A DNA stretch of 64,000 nucleotides from Dictyostelium discoideum (lineage: Eukaryota). A program made the position numbers and the translations under genes. The DNA is taken from the NCBI GenBank assembly GCA_000004695.1, contig CM000153.2, forward strand, positions 4,544,001-4,608,000. Reading direction: 5' to 3'. Positions 53,823 to 63,141 of this stretch are shown piece by piece. Position 1 is the first letter of the stretch. The number at the start of each line of letters is the position of its first letter. The notes under the pieces are model-generated. The model did no database searches. It was not told the DNA's origin and saw only the letters and a program-made list of their open reading frames with translations.

Positions 53823-54252
53823 AAGTGTTGTTGTTGATGTTTTTTCTCTTACTGATTATTTTTTCCTTTTTTTTGAAAATTTTGCGAAGCAAAATTTTCA
53901 AAAAAAAGAAAAAAATAAATTACAATAAAATAAAGAAATAAAGAAGTTTACTCTAAGTGTATTTTATTTTATTTTTTTTAAGTCTTTTTTTTATATGAAA
54001 AATGAAATAATCAAATAAAAAAAGTGTTGTTGTTGATGTTTTTTCTCTTACTGATTATTTTTTCCTTTTTTTTGAAAATTTTGCGAAGCAAAATTTTCAA
54101 AAAAAAGAAAAAAATAAATTACAATAAAATAAAGAAATAAAGAAGTTTACTCTAAGTGTATTTTATTTTATTTTTTTTAAGTCTTTTTTTTATATGAAAA
54201 ATGAAATAATCAAATAAAAAAAGTGTTGTTGTTGATGTTTTTTCTCTTACTC
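53823..54252. repeat. Tandem repeat with 199-bp unit, 2.15 copies (53823..54021, 54022..54220, partial 54221..54252). Interpreted as duplicated TRE5-A A-modules.
   Basis: The unit (aagtgttgttgttgatgttttttctcttactgattatttttt...) recurs with near identity. The third copy diverges after ...tttctcttact, which marks the element's 5' end. Confidence 0.7.
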
Positions 54253-54293
54253 GTTAGTTTTAATATGGTGAATTTTTATTCAAATTTCACCAA

Positions 54294-54367
54294 GCCTTAG
54301 TAGCTCAGTTGGTACGAGCGTGAGACTGAAGATCTTAAGGTCGCTGGTTCGATCCCGGCCTGAGGCA
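54294..54367 (+). tRNA. tRNA-Phe (anticodon GAA), 74 nt.
   Basis: The cloverleaf folds by hand. Acceptor GCCTTAG/CTGAGGC plus discriminator A. D-arm GCTC-AGTTGGTAC-GAGC. Anticodon stem TGAGA/TCTTA with loop CTGAAGA. T-arm GCTGG-TTCGATC-CCGGC. Internal A box TAGCTCAGTTGG and B box GGTTCGATCC. Confidence 0.95.
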
Positions 54368-54370
54368 AAT

Positions 54371-54376
54371 TTTTTA
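54371..54376 (+). terminator. Pol III terminator T-run (TTTTTT) 4 nt after the tRNA 3' end.
   Basis: aaaTTTTTTattt directly follows the discriminator base. Confidence 0.6.
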
Positions 54377-54405
54377 TTTCACACCCCCCAAAATACAGAT
54401 CGCAT

Positions 54406-54416
54406 GTTCGACTCCC
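54406..54416 (+). promoter_or_regulatory. Extra B-box ('ex-B', GTTCGACTCCC) 38 bp downstream of the tRNA-Phe coding region.
   Basis: The sequence is a near-copy of the internal B box (GGTTCGATCCC). It sits in the 20-45 bp downstream window where Dictyostelium tRNA genes commonly carry a second B box (established for this organism). It lies between the tRNA and the TRE3 target-site duplication. Confidence 0.55.
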
Positions 54417-54438
54417 ATATAAAAATATAGAAAAAACC

Positions 54439-54456
54439 ATTTCACCCACAGTTAAA
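54439..54456 (+). repeat. Target-site duplication, left copy (ATTTCACCCACAGTTAAA), of the TRE3-like insertion.
   Basis: An identical 18-mer recurs at 57042..57059, immediately after the element's poly(A). Confidence 0.75.
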
Positions 54457-55122
54457 ATGAATTTTTTCGATAAACTTAAAGGTGAACTCAACTTTGGCGA
54501 AGAAGAGTTAAATAAAAAAACTATTCAAATAAGGTTATTCTACCCACATACCTTGGAATTGAATAGTAATTCAACAAAATTAATAGATAATTTCATAGTT
54601 AATGGTACTCTTAACATTGTCAGAAGACAAAAGGGTATAACAGTATTCGGTAGAATACTAAAAGAAAAATTCACATTATTACACGAGTGTTACAGCACTT
54701 TCAAGTATGAAGATTTTCCACTGCAAAAATTCATACTTTACACCCCAGGATATCACTATGTCCACTTTTACACATTTACAAAAAACATAATAAAAAAAAT
54801 AAACAATCAAATGGTAAAAGAAAACTGGGGATTGGAGCCATTACTAATAGATGAATGCAACATAGTACTGCTACCAGATGTGATTAGATATTCATGCATA
54901 CTATTATTTAATAAAGAAGATGATATCTCAATCATTGATGCTATAAAAGGTAGTAAGCATCCAATAAGAGCCTTCATCTCTGAATATAACAATAAAGAAA
55001 TAAGAGATGTTAGAAAAAAAAAAACACAAGTAATAAAAACCAACAACCAACAACTACAAATACAACTAAATCAATACCATCAACTCCACCAACAACTAAT
55101 GCATCAACAACCACACCAATAA
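54457..55122 (+). CDS. TRE3-like ORF1 (221 aa).
   Basis: Intact ORF starting at the element's 5' boundary. A Thr-rich region follows in another frame. Confidence 0.6.
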   Translation: MNFFDKLKGELNFGEEELNKKTIQIRLFYPHTLELNSNSTKLIDNFIVNGTLNIVRRQKGITVFGRILKEKFTLLHECYSTFKYEDFPLQKFILYTPGYHYVHFYTFTKNIIKKINNQMVKENWGLEPLLIDECNIVLLPDVIRYSCILLFNKEDDISIIDAIKGSKHPIRAFISEYNNKEIRDVRKKKTQVIKTNNQQLQIQLNQYHQLHQQLMHQQPHQ

Positions 55123-55318
55123 CAACCACACCAATAACAACCACACAAACAACAACCACACCAACAACAACCACACATCAATTACCAACAAGCAATACAA
55201 CAATCTACAACCTAAACAAAACTACTACTACTACTACTACTACTACTACAAAACCTATCAATAAAATTACTACAAGCAATGGTACCAAGTTTCCAATTGC
55301 CAGTAGTATTAGAAAATA

Positions 55319-56506
55319 ATGGAACAATTAAAATTATTACTATGGAACTGCAGAGGTAATCAATCAACCAACGCTAAGAATAAAACAGAAGAAACGATAA
55401 AAAGAATTGGCACTCAATTAGCACTCCTAACTGAAACTAATTTCAATGGATTCAACCACCACAAAACAATGTTCAACTTTGAAAGAATAGATCATGGTTC
55501 AGGTAAAGGAACTGGCATAGCAATAGAAAATAGAGATACAAGAAAAGGCCACATATCAATAAACTTCAAAGACGATGATGGTAGAATACTATCAATTAAA
55601 TACAATTCCTTTAATTCTATCAACATATTATTGATCTATGCTCCAGCGACTATATCTGAAAGAAACACCTTCATAATCAACTCAAAATCACTGTTTAAAA
55701 AATATAATTCAATCAACCATCAAATAATAGCAGGCGACTTCAATAACAACCACGATTGCAACAGCTTCTTCGGTACTGAATTACGTAAAATAATAGACCA
55801 AGACATGCTACTAGATACTGGTATTGAAGATAACACTCCAACATTTCCAAGATCAATGAAGAGACTAGATAGAATCTACTGTCATCCAACACTACTAAAC
55901 CAAAATTCAAAACTGGTAGTCCACAACACAGTATTTAACAAATCAGATCACTTTCCCATCACAATCACAATACAAACCAACAGAGAAACAACAACAACAA
56001 CAACAACCAAACTAGAAAGACTCCCTTGGACATTATGTAAAGAAATTCTCAACAACAAACATATACATGATGGGTTATCAGAATTAATCAGTAAGAACAA
56101 AGATAAGATCAAATCAGTGGAGGAATGGACGAAATTTAAAAATAATGTCATCAGAGATTATTTAAAAAAAGAACAAAACAAAATAAAGAAAGAAAAGAAC
56201 AAAAGAAAATACGTAATCCACAAATTACTTGGAAATAGTGATATCATTCCAAAGATGAGAAAAGAACTCAATGAAGAAATAAGTAGAATATTAGAAGAAG
56301 AAAGAAAGGTAAAAGCATGGGATATCAAATTAAAACTCCACCTGCATCAAGAAACACCAAGCAAATACCTCACAAGTATCCTTAAATCCAAGATCACTTC
56401 CAGGTATCAACCACGAAAGAGACACCAGATGCAAGATCTGTGGCCACCTTTTCAGAGACCCTTATTCTCACCTCTTCACTCTATGCCAAGATATCCTAGA
56501 TATTGA
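55319..56506 (+). CDS. TRE3-like ORF2, truncated. Holds the apurinic/apyrimidinic-endonuclease-like domain only, with the RT deleted.
   Basis: LWNCRG, IAGDFNN and SDHFPI motifs of L1-type endonucleases. No FADD RT motif anywhere in the element. Confidence 0.7.
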   Translation: MEQLKLLLWNCRGNQSTNAKNKTEETIKRIGTQLALLTETNFNGFNHHKTMFNFERIDHGSGKGTGIAIENRDTRKGHISINFKDDDGRILSIKYNSFNSINILLIYAPATISERNTFIINSKSLFKKYNSINHQIIAGDFNNNHDCNSFFGTELRKIIDQDMLLDTGIEDNTPTFPRSMKRLDRIYCHPTLLNQNSKLVVHNTVFNKSDHFPITITIQTNRETTTTTTTKLERLPWTLCKEILNNKHIHDGLSELISKNKDKIKSVEEWTKFKNNVIRDYLKKEQNKIKKEKNKRKYVIHKLLGNSDIIPKMRKELNEEISRILEEERKVKAWDIKLKLHLHQETPSKYLTSILKSKITSRYQPRKRHQMQDLWPPFQRPLFSPLHSMPRYPRY

Positions 56507-57041
56507 AAAAACCATCATATCAACAGTTAACAAATTATCATTCATCAAAATCCACAGATGGTCAATGGAAACCTTAGACATATCAAAATACAACAGAACT
56601 GAGAGAATCTTCCCCAATCTCATAGGAATAATAGCACACCAATTATGGAAGATAATCTGTCACAAATTGTTCAACACTGATGAAAGCAAACCAGAGCCAA
56701 AATTCGAACAAAAGGTCATAGAAACAGAATTACTAAATCTCATCGAAACTGAAAAATTCATCACACTAAAGAAAATCAAACACGACGAAGCAATACTAAA
56801 AAACACCAATCAAGATCTTCACAAATACAAATTCAACAAAGCCTGGCAAACCCCAGCAGCTCCGAACCCTCTTCCAATTTAAGTAGTAGTAAAAAAAAAA
56901 AAAAAAAAAAAAAAATAATATAATATAGTTTAAAAAATTTAATACAATTGAATAATAAAAATAAAACCGTTTAACAAACACCGCCGAAAAGACACAAGGA
57001 CATTCCTTGAAGGTCTGATCACAGGTAAAAAAAAAAAAAAA

Positions 57042-57059
57042 ATTTCACCCACAGTTAAA
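57042..57059 (+). repeat. Target-site duplication, right copy (ATTTCACCCACAGTTAAA).
   Basis: Identical to 54439..54456. Confidence 0.75.
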
Positions 57060-57183
57060 TTAATTATTTTTATTTCTTTTACTGGGATAATTGAAAACAT
57101 TAGAATTTAAACATTTCTTTTTAAAATTCAAATTCCTTAAATAAAGCTATTAATTATTCTATATTTCCTTTAAAGGATAAACT

Positions 57184-57191
57184 ATGATCAA

Positions 57192-57222
<31 letters not shown>

Positions 57223-57241
57223 TCATACCCAACTATATTTT

Positions 57242-57275
<34 letters not shown>

Positions 57276-57294
57276 TCATACCCAACTATATTTT

Positions 57295-57334
<40 letters not shown>

Positions 57335-57350
57335 ATCTTCATTTTTTCTA
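57184..57350 (+). repeat. Tandem array of about 54-bp units. Each unit is a poly(A) of 20-35 nt followed by cttcatacccaactatattttc, which occurs twice (57220..57241 and 57274..57295). A third, degenerate unit ends in gaatcttcattttttc.
   Basis: Direct reading. Confidence 0.6.
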
Positions 57351-58945
57351 TAAAAAAAAAAAGGGTGTATCTAACTCTTTATTTTTATTGTTTTATTATT
57401 TTTATAGATAATTGTGGATCATCTATGTATTAAATAATATATGAATCCTATTTAAAAAATGGCAGATGCTTTAAATATTTGTGTAGAATCTGACATATTC
57501 AATGAATCATATTTATCTCAATTTATATAATAATTTTAAATTTAAATAAAAAATCTAAATATGGTTTTTTTTTTTTTAAAGAGATAATTCATGGGTTTTG
57601 AAAGTATTTATTTTTATTTTTTATTTTTTATTTTTATTATTTTTAAAATAAAATTGAATAATAAAAAAAAAATAAAAAAAATAAAAAATATAAGAAAAAA
57701 AAAAATTAATCAATCTAAATCAATTTCTATTTTGAAAAAAAAAAAAAAAGAAAAAAAAAAAAAAAAAGTAATTAGGATGAATTTTCCTTATTGGGAAATA
57801 AAAAAAGTAAAAAGTATAATTTTTTTTTTGGAAATCAAGATCAAAAAATGTAACTCTTTTTGGGTTTACCAAATTTGGGTATCTTTTATTAAAAAAAAAA
57901 AAAAGTTTCAATTAAAATTTTTTAGTATAAAAAGACAAAAAATTATTAATTATTTTAAAAAAAAAAATAAATAAAATTTCAAAAAAAAAAAAAAAAAAAA
58001 AAAAAACAAAGAAATTTTACATTTTAGAAAAAACAAAGTTATAATTTTAATGTAAAAAAAAAAAAAAAAAAAAAAAAAAATTATAATTCTGGACATAAAA
58101 TATCAAAAGGTAAATTTTAATTTTAATTTTCTTATTTTTATTTTTTTAATTTTTCAAATATTTAATACATTAAATAATTTACCATTCTCTTTCTAATTAT
58201 TAGGTATAATGTAAAATTTATTTTTGTCTTTAAACTGTCCCAAATGAAATAAAACTTCCAACAGGTGTAATTAAATGTCAATACAACGGTTTTTTATTTT
58301 TTAAAAAAAAAAAGATAGTTTTATTAAGTGGTAGTTTATTTAGTATTGGTCGGTACTAACTCAATGTCTGAGAATCAAAGGATTTTATTTATTTTAAAAA
58401 ATAAATCTTTCAATTCTCAGGCTTTGCTAATTGGTAGATTGGTATTTAACAGCTTTCACTTAATAATATTTTTAAATTAAATAAACTAACTGATTGTCGA
58501 CAATAAACCATAATTTTACATGATAATTTGGACTTAATGCAAGGTAAACTATATTAATACTTTAATTCCAACACTATTTTATAAATATTGCAATTTTCTA
58601 ATAATATATATTTTAGATTGATCCAAGGATTTAATATCTGTCAACAGTACTATTAAAGGATATTGGAAGGTTAAAATCTAAACGTTAAAAAATAATATTA
58701 AATAAAATAAAATAAAATAAAAAAATATAAAAAAAATCTTATTTTAAAAACAAACAAACAATACATATTAATCATTAAATACTAATAGATTAAATTGTTT
58801 TTTATCCAATTAAAGGTCAAGATAAAATCGGGTAGATTTAATACTCGAAAAAAAAAAAAAAAAAAAAAAAAAAAAACAATAATAATTATAAAAAACAAAA
58901 ATAAATTAGGTTTTAATTGAGATGTATTATAGATTATTATAATTA

Positions 58946-59151
58946 ATGATTTCTAATATTAGATTTTATTTTTATTTTATTTTAATTATTTTCCCAATTA
59001 ATTATTTCTTAAAAAAAATAAAATTAACTATATAAAAATAAAACTTCAATATATTTATGTAGTTAATTTTATTCCTTTTTTATGAACTAATTAATTGAAA
59101 AAATAAAATAAAATAAAATTATAAAGGATAAAATCTAATATTAGAAATCAT
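58946..59151. repeat. Perfect 25-bp inverted repeat pair (ATGATTTCTAATATTAGATTTTATT at 58946..58970 and its reverse complement at 59127..59151) enclosing a 156-bp AT-rich spacer. About 335 bp upstream of the SDR gene.
   Basis: Direct reading. The reverse complement of the left arm equals the right arm. Confidence 0.8.
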
Positions 59152-59332
59152 TTTTAGGGTAATTTGATTGAAAATTCAAAAAAAACTATTTTTTATTTTT
59201 TTTTTAATTTTTTTTTTTTTTTTTTTAAAAATAAATTTGGAAGATTCTTTTTTTTTTTGATGTTCTTAGAAGATGACATAAGAAGATCAGCAATTTAATT
59301 AAATTTAATTAAAAATTAGATAAAAAAAATGA

Positions 59333-59369
<37 letters not shown>

Positions 59370-59486
59370 TGCAAAGATTGATTCTTATTTAAAGTTTTTT
59401 TTTTTTATTTTTAATCATTAAATAAAAATAAAATAAAAAACATACAAATAAATAAATAAAAAAGTAAAAAAAAAAAAATAATTAAA

Positions 59487-60368
59487 ATGAATTCAATTGA
59501 AAATAATAATAAAAATAATAATAAAAATAATAATAAGATTTGGTTAATCACAGGAACATCAAGTGGCATTGGTTTAGAATTAGTAAAGAAGTTATTAACA
59601 TATGGTTATAAAGTTTCAGCATTAACTCGTAGACCAGAAGAAATTGAAAAAGAGATTAAAGAAATTCAATTTGAAAAAGATAATTTATTAATTGTTAAAA
59701 CTGATATTACAAATAATGAATCAGTAAAGAGTGCAGTAGAAGAGACTATTAAACAGTTTGGTAGAATTGATGTGTTAGTAAATAACGCTGGTTATGGTTT
59801 AGTAGGTTCAATTGAAGAGTTATCAGATTCAGACGTTAGAAAGATATATGATGTAAATGTATTTGGTGTTTTAAATTTATTAAGAAATTCAACACCACAT
59901 TTTAGAAAACAAAAATCAGGTTTAATAATTAACATATCCTCTCAAATGGGTTGGGATAATATGGAATATTACTCAGCATATAGTTCAACTAAACATGCAG
60001 TTAATGCAATCACATTCTCTGCACAAAAAGAGTTAAAAGCATTTGGAGTGAATGTAATATTAGTTAGTCCAGGTGGATTTAGAACTGGTTTTGTTGCTGG
60101 TCAACAATCAAACTTTCAAGTACCTTCAAAATTAATTGATGAATACTCAACTCAATCATTCATTGAAATGTTTAATAAACACTCACCATATTCAAAAGGC
60201 GATCCTGAAAAAGCAGCTGAACTCTTAATTAAATTACCAACAATTGAAGAATTACCAAATAATTTATTCATTGGCTCTGATTCATTATCAGCTGCCAAAC
60301 AACAATTACAATCACATTTATTAGAAGCTGAAAAATGGTATGACCTTTCAATTTCAACTGATTATTAA
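59487..60368 (+). CDS. Short-chain dehydrogenase/reductase (classical SDR), 293 aa, single exon.
   Basis: Cofactor-binding motif TGTSSGIGLEL (TGxxxGxG), NNAGYG, and catalytic S...YSAYSSTKHAV (YxxxK). It has an Asn/Lys-rich N-terminus (NNNKNNNKNNNK). Confidence 0.85.
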   Translation: MNSIENNNKNNNKNNNKIWLITGTSSGIGLELVKKLLTYGYKVSALTRRPEEIEKEIKEIQFEKDNLLIVKTDITNNESVKSAVEETIKQFGRIDVLVNNAGYGLVGSIEELSDSDVRKIYDVNVFGVLNLLRNSTPHFRKQKSGLIINISSQMGWDNMEYYSAYSSTKHAVNAITFSAQKELKAFGVNVILVSPGGFRTGFVAGQQSNFQVPSKLIDEYSTQSFIEMFNKHSPYSKGDPEKAAELLIKLPTIEELPNNLFIGSDSLSAAKQQLQSHLLEAEKWYDLSISTDY

Positions 60369-60605
60369 AAATATTAAAAAAAATAAAAAAAAATAAAAAA
60401 AAATAAAAAAAAAAAAAAAAATAAATAAACCTTTTTGTAAATAATAAACCTTTCAATTTCAACAGAAAAAACCAAAACGAACTTCTGTAGATTAATTTTA
60501 TTTTAAGAGATGTTTATCTTTACTTTTTTTATTAGTTTATTTTCAAAAAGAAAAAATGATTATTTATACTATTCATTTTCATTTGGATCACATAAAAATA
60601 ATAAT

Positions 60606-60637
<32 letters not shown>

Positions 60638-62135
60638 AATTTAAAATACACACACCCACAATCTGAAATGATTCCAAACCAGATTTAAAAAAATGGGTTT
60701 GGAAATATATTTATTGTCAATTAATTTTTTTTTTACAATTTAATGTCGTTCATTGTTTTTGTAATTATTTATTTTTAACTTTGTTTTCAATTTGAATTTT
60801 TTTTTTTTTAAATGAAATAGCACTGGTACTTATAATGATGATTAGGATTTAATTTTTCATTTTATTACTATTCAACTACTAATAAAAAATTAATTTACAC
60901 TTTGTGTGGAAACCTTTAAGATGCAAATTAAGTGTTTCTCTTAAATGTAAAATGAGGTAAACATTATTGATTTATAAATTAATGGAATTCGTGAATAAAT
61001 ATTAAAAAAAAAAATAAAAAAAAAATGGAAATTAATTATCAAGTATTAATAATTCATATTTTTTAGGCATTGAAACAAAGAAATTCAACAAAATAATTAG
61101 TTATTATTACAAAAGCTTTTGATATTAGTTTGCCCATTTCTTATTCCTATTTCCTTGATTCCCATTTCCTGTTTTGGAATGAAAAAAAAAAAAAAAGTTT
61201 GGCATTCGGTTGGAAAAATAAAAAATAAAAAATAAAAAATAAAAAAAATAAAAAAAAATAAAAAAATAAAAATGAAATTTATGACATTATAAAATTTTAT
61301 ATTTATAGGTTTTTTTTTTTTTTCAAAATCACACTTTCATACCTGTCATAAAAAAAAAAAAAAATTATTATTATTACAATAATTTATCTTTAAAGTAAAT
61401 TAATAAATAAAGTAGTGAAATTGATTTTATTATTATAATTTTTTTTTTCCTTTTTTCTAAACAGATTTTTATTTTTTTTTATTTAATTTTAATGTAATTT
61501 TATTTTTTTTTATTTTTTTTTTTATTTTTTTTTCAATCACAACAGCCAACAATTTTTTAACAAAAAAAAATATCTTAAAAAACATATTTAAAAAATTTAA
61601 AAAATAAAAAAAAAAAAAAACGATCGTTGTTGAAAAATGTTAAAACATTGCAAGGTGGACAAATTATTTTTTTTTTTTTTTTTTTTATTTTTTTATTTTT
61701 TTATTTTATTTTTTTTTTTTTTTTTTTTTTTTTTTATTAAAAATGAAAATATATGACCACCAAATCGCTATTGATTATTATTGATTTCTTCCATACAACC
61801 TTCACATCAATGTAATCTTTAATATACAACCCAAACACCTTTGTATTATCAAAAAAAAAAAAAGAAAAGAAAAGGAAAAACAAAAGCAAAATAATATAAT
61901 AAAAAAAAATTACCTCAAAACAGAAAGAGTTTTTTTTTTGAGGAATTAATTTTTAAAATAGTTATTTTTTTTATTATTATATTTTATTTTTTTGAGAGAA
62001 TTTCTATTACAATTAATAATCAAAAAAAGGTAATTTTTTAAAAACTTTAATTATTTCATACTTTCACAATTTTTTTTTTTTTTTATTTTTACCATCTTAT
62101 CGAATCGAACAATCAAAAAAAATTTTCAAAAAAAA

Positions 62136-62167
<32 letters not shown>

Positions 62168-62790
62168 AAAAAAATATAAATCAAATTGATATAAAAATAT
62201 AAACATAAAAAAATAATAAATTATCATAAAACATTTTTCAAGCAAAGAAAGTGTCGTTGTTATTGTTTTTTTTTTTTTTTTTTGTGTGTATTGTAGGGGT
62301 AAACCAACACATCCAAACATTGAAATAAAACTGATTTGTTTTTGTGTTGTGTTGTGTCGGTGTGGTCTTTTTTAAATCTTTTTTTTCTTTTTTTTATTAT
62401 TATTTTTAGTCTTTCACACCTTTTTTTTATTTATATATACTATTTTATATAATTTCTACAAATGTTATAATCAAAATTAACAAACCAAGCACACTTATAA
62501 CCCCACATGTGATTAAAAATTAAAAAAAAAAAAAAAATAAAAAAAAAAAAATAAAAAAAAACTTAAAATTATTTATATTATTATCATTATTATTATTTTT
62601 TTTTTTTTATATTTTTACCTTTTATTCTTTATCTCAATGATAAATATAATTTTAATTTTTTAATTTATTTTTAACCCATTTTGTTTATTTGCGTGTTGAA
62701 GTTTTTTTTTTTTTTTTTTTTTTTTATCATCTCTCTATTTGTACATTTAATTAAATTTGTAAAACTACCCATCAATTTCTTTTATTTAAA

Positions 62791-62824
<34 letters not shown>

Positions 62825-63141
62825 TTTTATATTTAATTTTATTATTTTTTTTTATTTTTTTTTATTTTTTTTTTTTGTATGTAAATAACCCACATATACT
62901 AATAAACATAAAATAATTATTATTTTTACCCATATTATTTTTTTAGTATATAATAAATTGTACATATACAATATATTCACCCATATATTTTTTTTTTTTT
63001 AAAAAAAAAAAAAATATACAAAATAAATTACTTTAATATAATAATAATAATAAAAATAATAAAAATAATAATAATAAAAAAAAAAAAACAAAGTTATATA
63101 TATATATATAACTAAATTCAGTTATAAATTTTTTTTTAAAT

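Larger units (their letters stand above)
52200..54252 (-). mobile_element. TRE5-A (DRE)-like tRNA-targeted non-LTR retrotransposon on the minus strand. The ORF2 C-terminal region (52405..53722) and oligo(A)/(AAT)n tail lie on one side of a 100-N gap (53723..53822). Tandem A-module-like repeats lie on the other side. The 5' end is about 42 bp upstream of tRNA-Phe.
   Basis: Minus ORF 52405..53722 has no RT catalytic core but has a C-terminal zinc-knuckle (CHSCKEEESSMHIFFECKSIKQN). It is followed on the plus strand by a long T-run, which is its poly(A). The 5' side is a 199-bp unit repeated 2.15x and ends 42 bp from the tRNA start. This matches the textbook TRE5-A position (about 48 bp upstream, A-module proximal). 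The ORF-track residues N-terminal of the X run are spurious A-module translation. Confidence 0.65.
54457..57041 (+). mobile_element. TRE3-type tRNA-targeted non-LTR retrotransposon, internally deleted (about 2.6 kb). It has ORF1, the ORF2 N-terminal APE endonuclease domain and the ORF2 C-terminal zinc-knuckle plus tail. The RT domain is missing. Two A-runs lie at the 3' end (56885..56910 and 57027..57041). It is inserted 72 bp downstream of tRNA-Phe.
   Basis: ORF1 54457..55122. ORF2 start 55319..56506 (MEQLKLLLWNCRGN...GDFNN...SDHFPI is an APE/EEP nuclease). The C-terminus in another frame reads RCKICGHLFRDPYSHLFTLCQDIL... and continues as ORF 56565..56882. It ends with poly(A), an about-110-nt tail and a second poly(A) before the right TSD. 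The position downstream of a tRNA gene is the TRE3 hallmark. Confidence 0.75.

Noticed and set aside
53564-53941. Plus ORF containing X residues.
   Set aside because: It spans the N-gap and is antisense to TRE5-A ORF2.
57184-57974. ORFs made of poly-Lys.
   Set aside because: Poly(A) tracts. The underlying repeat is reported separately as a finding.
58366-58425. Imperfect 8-bp inverted repeat ctgagaat...attctcag with about a 25-nt loop.
   Set aside because: Too short and imperfect to distinguish from chance. No flanking conservation visible.
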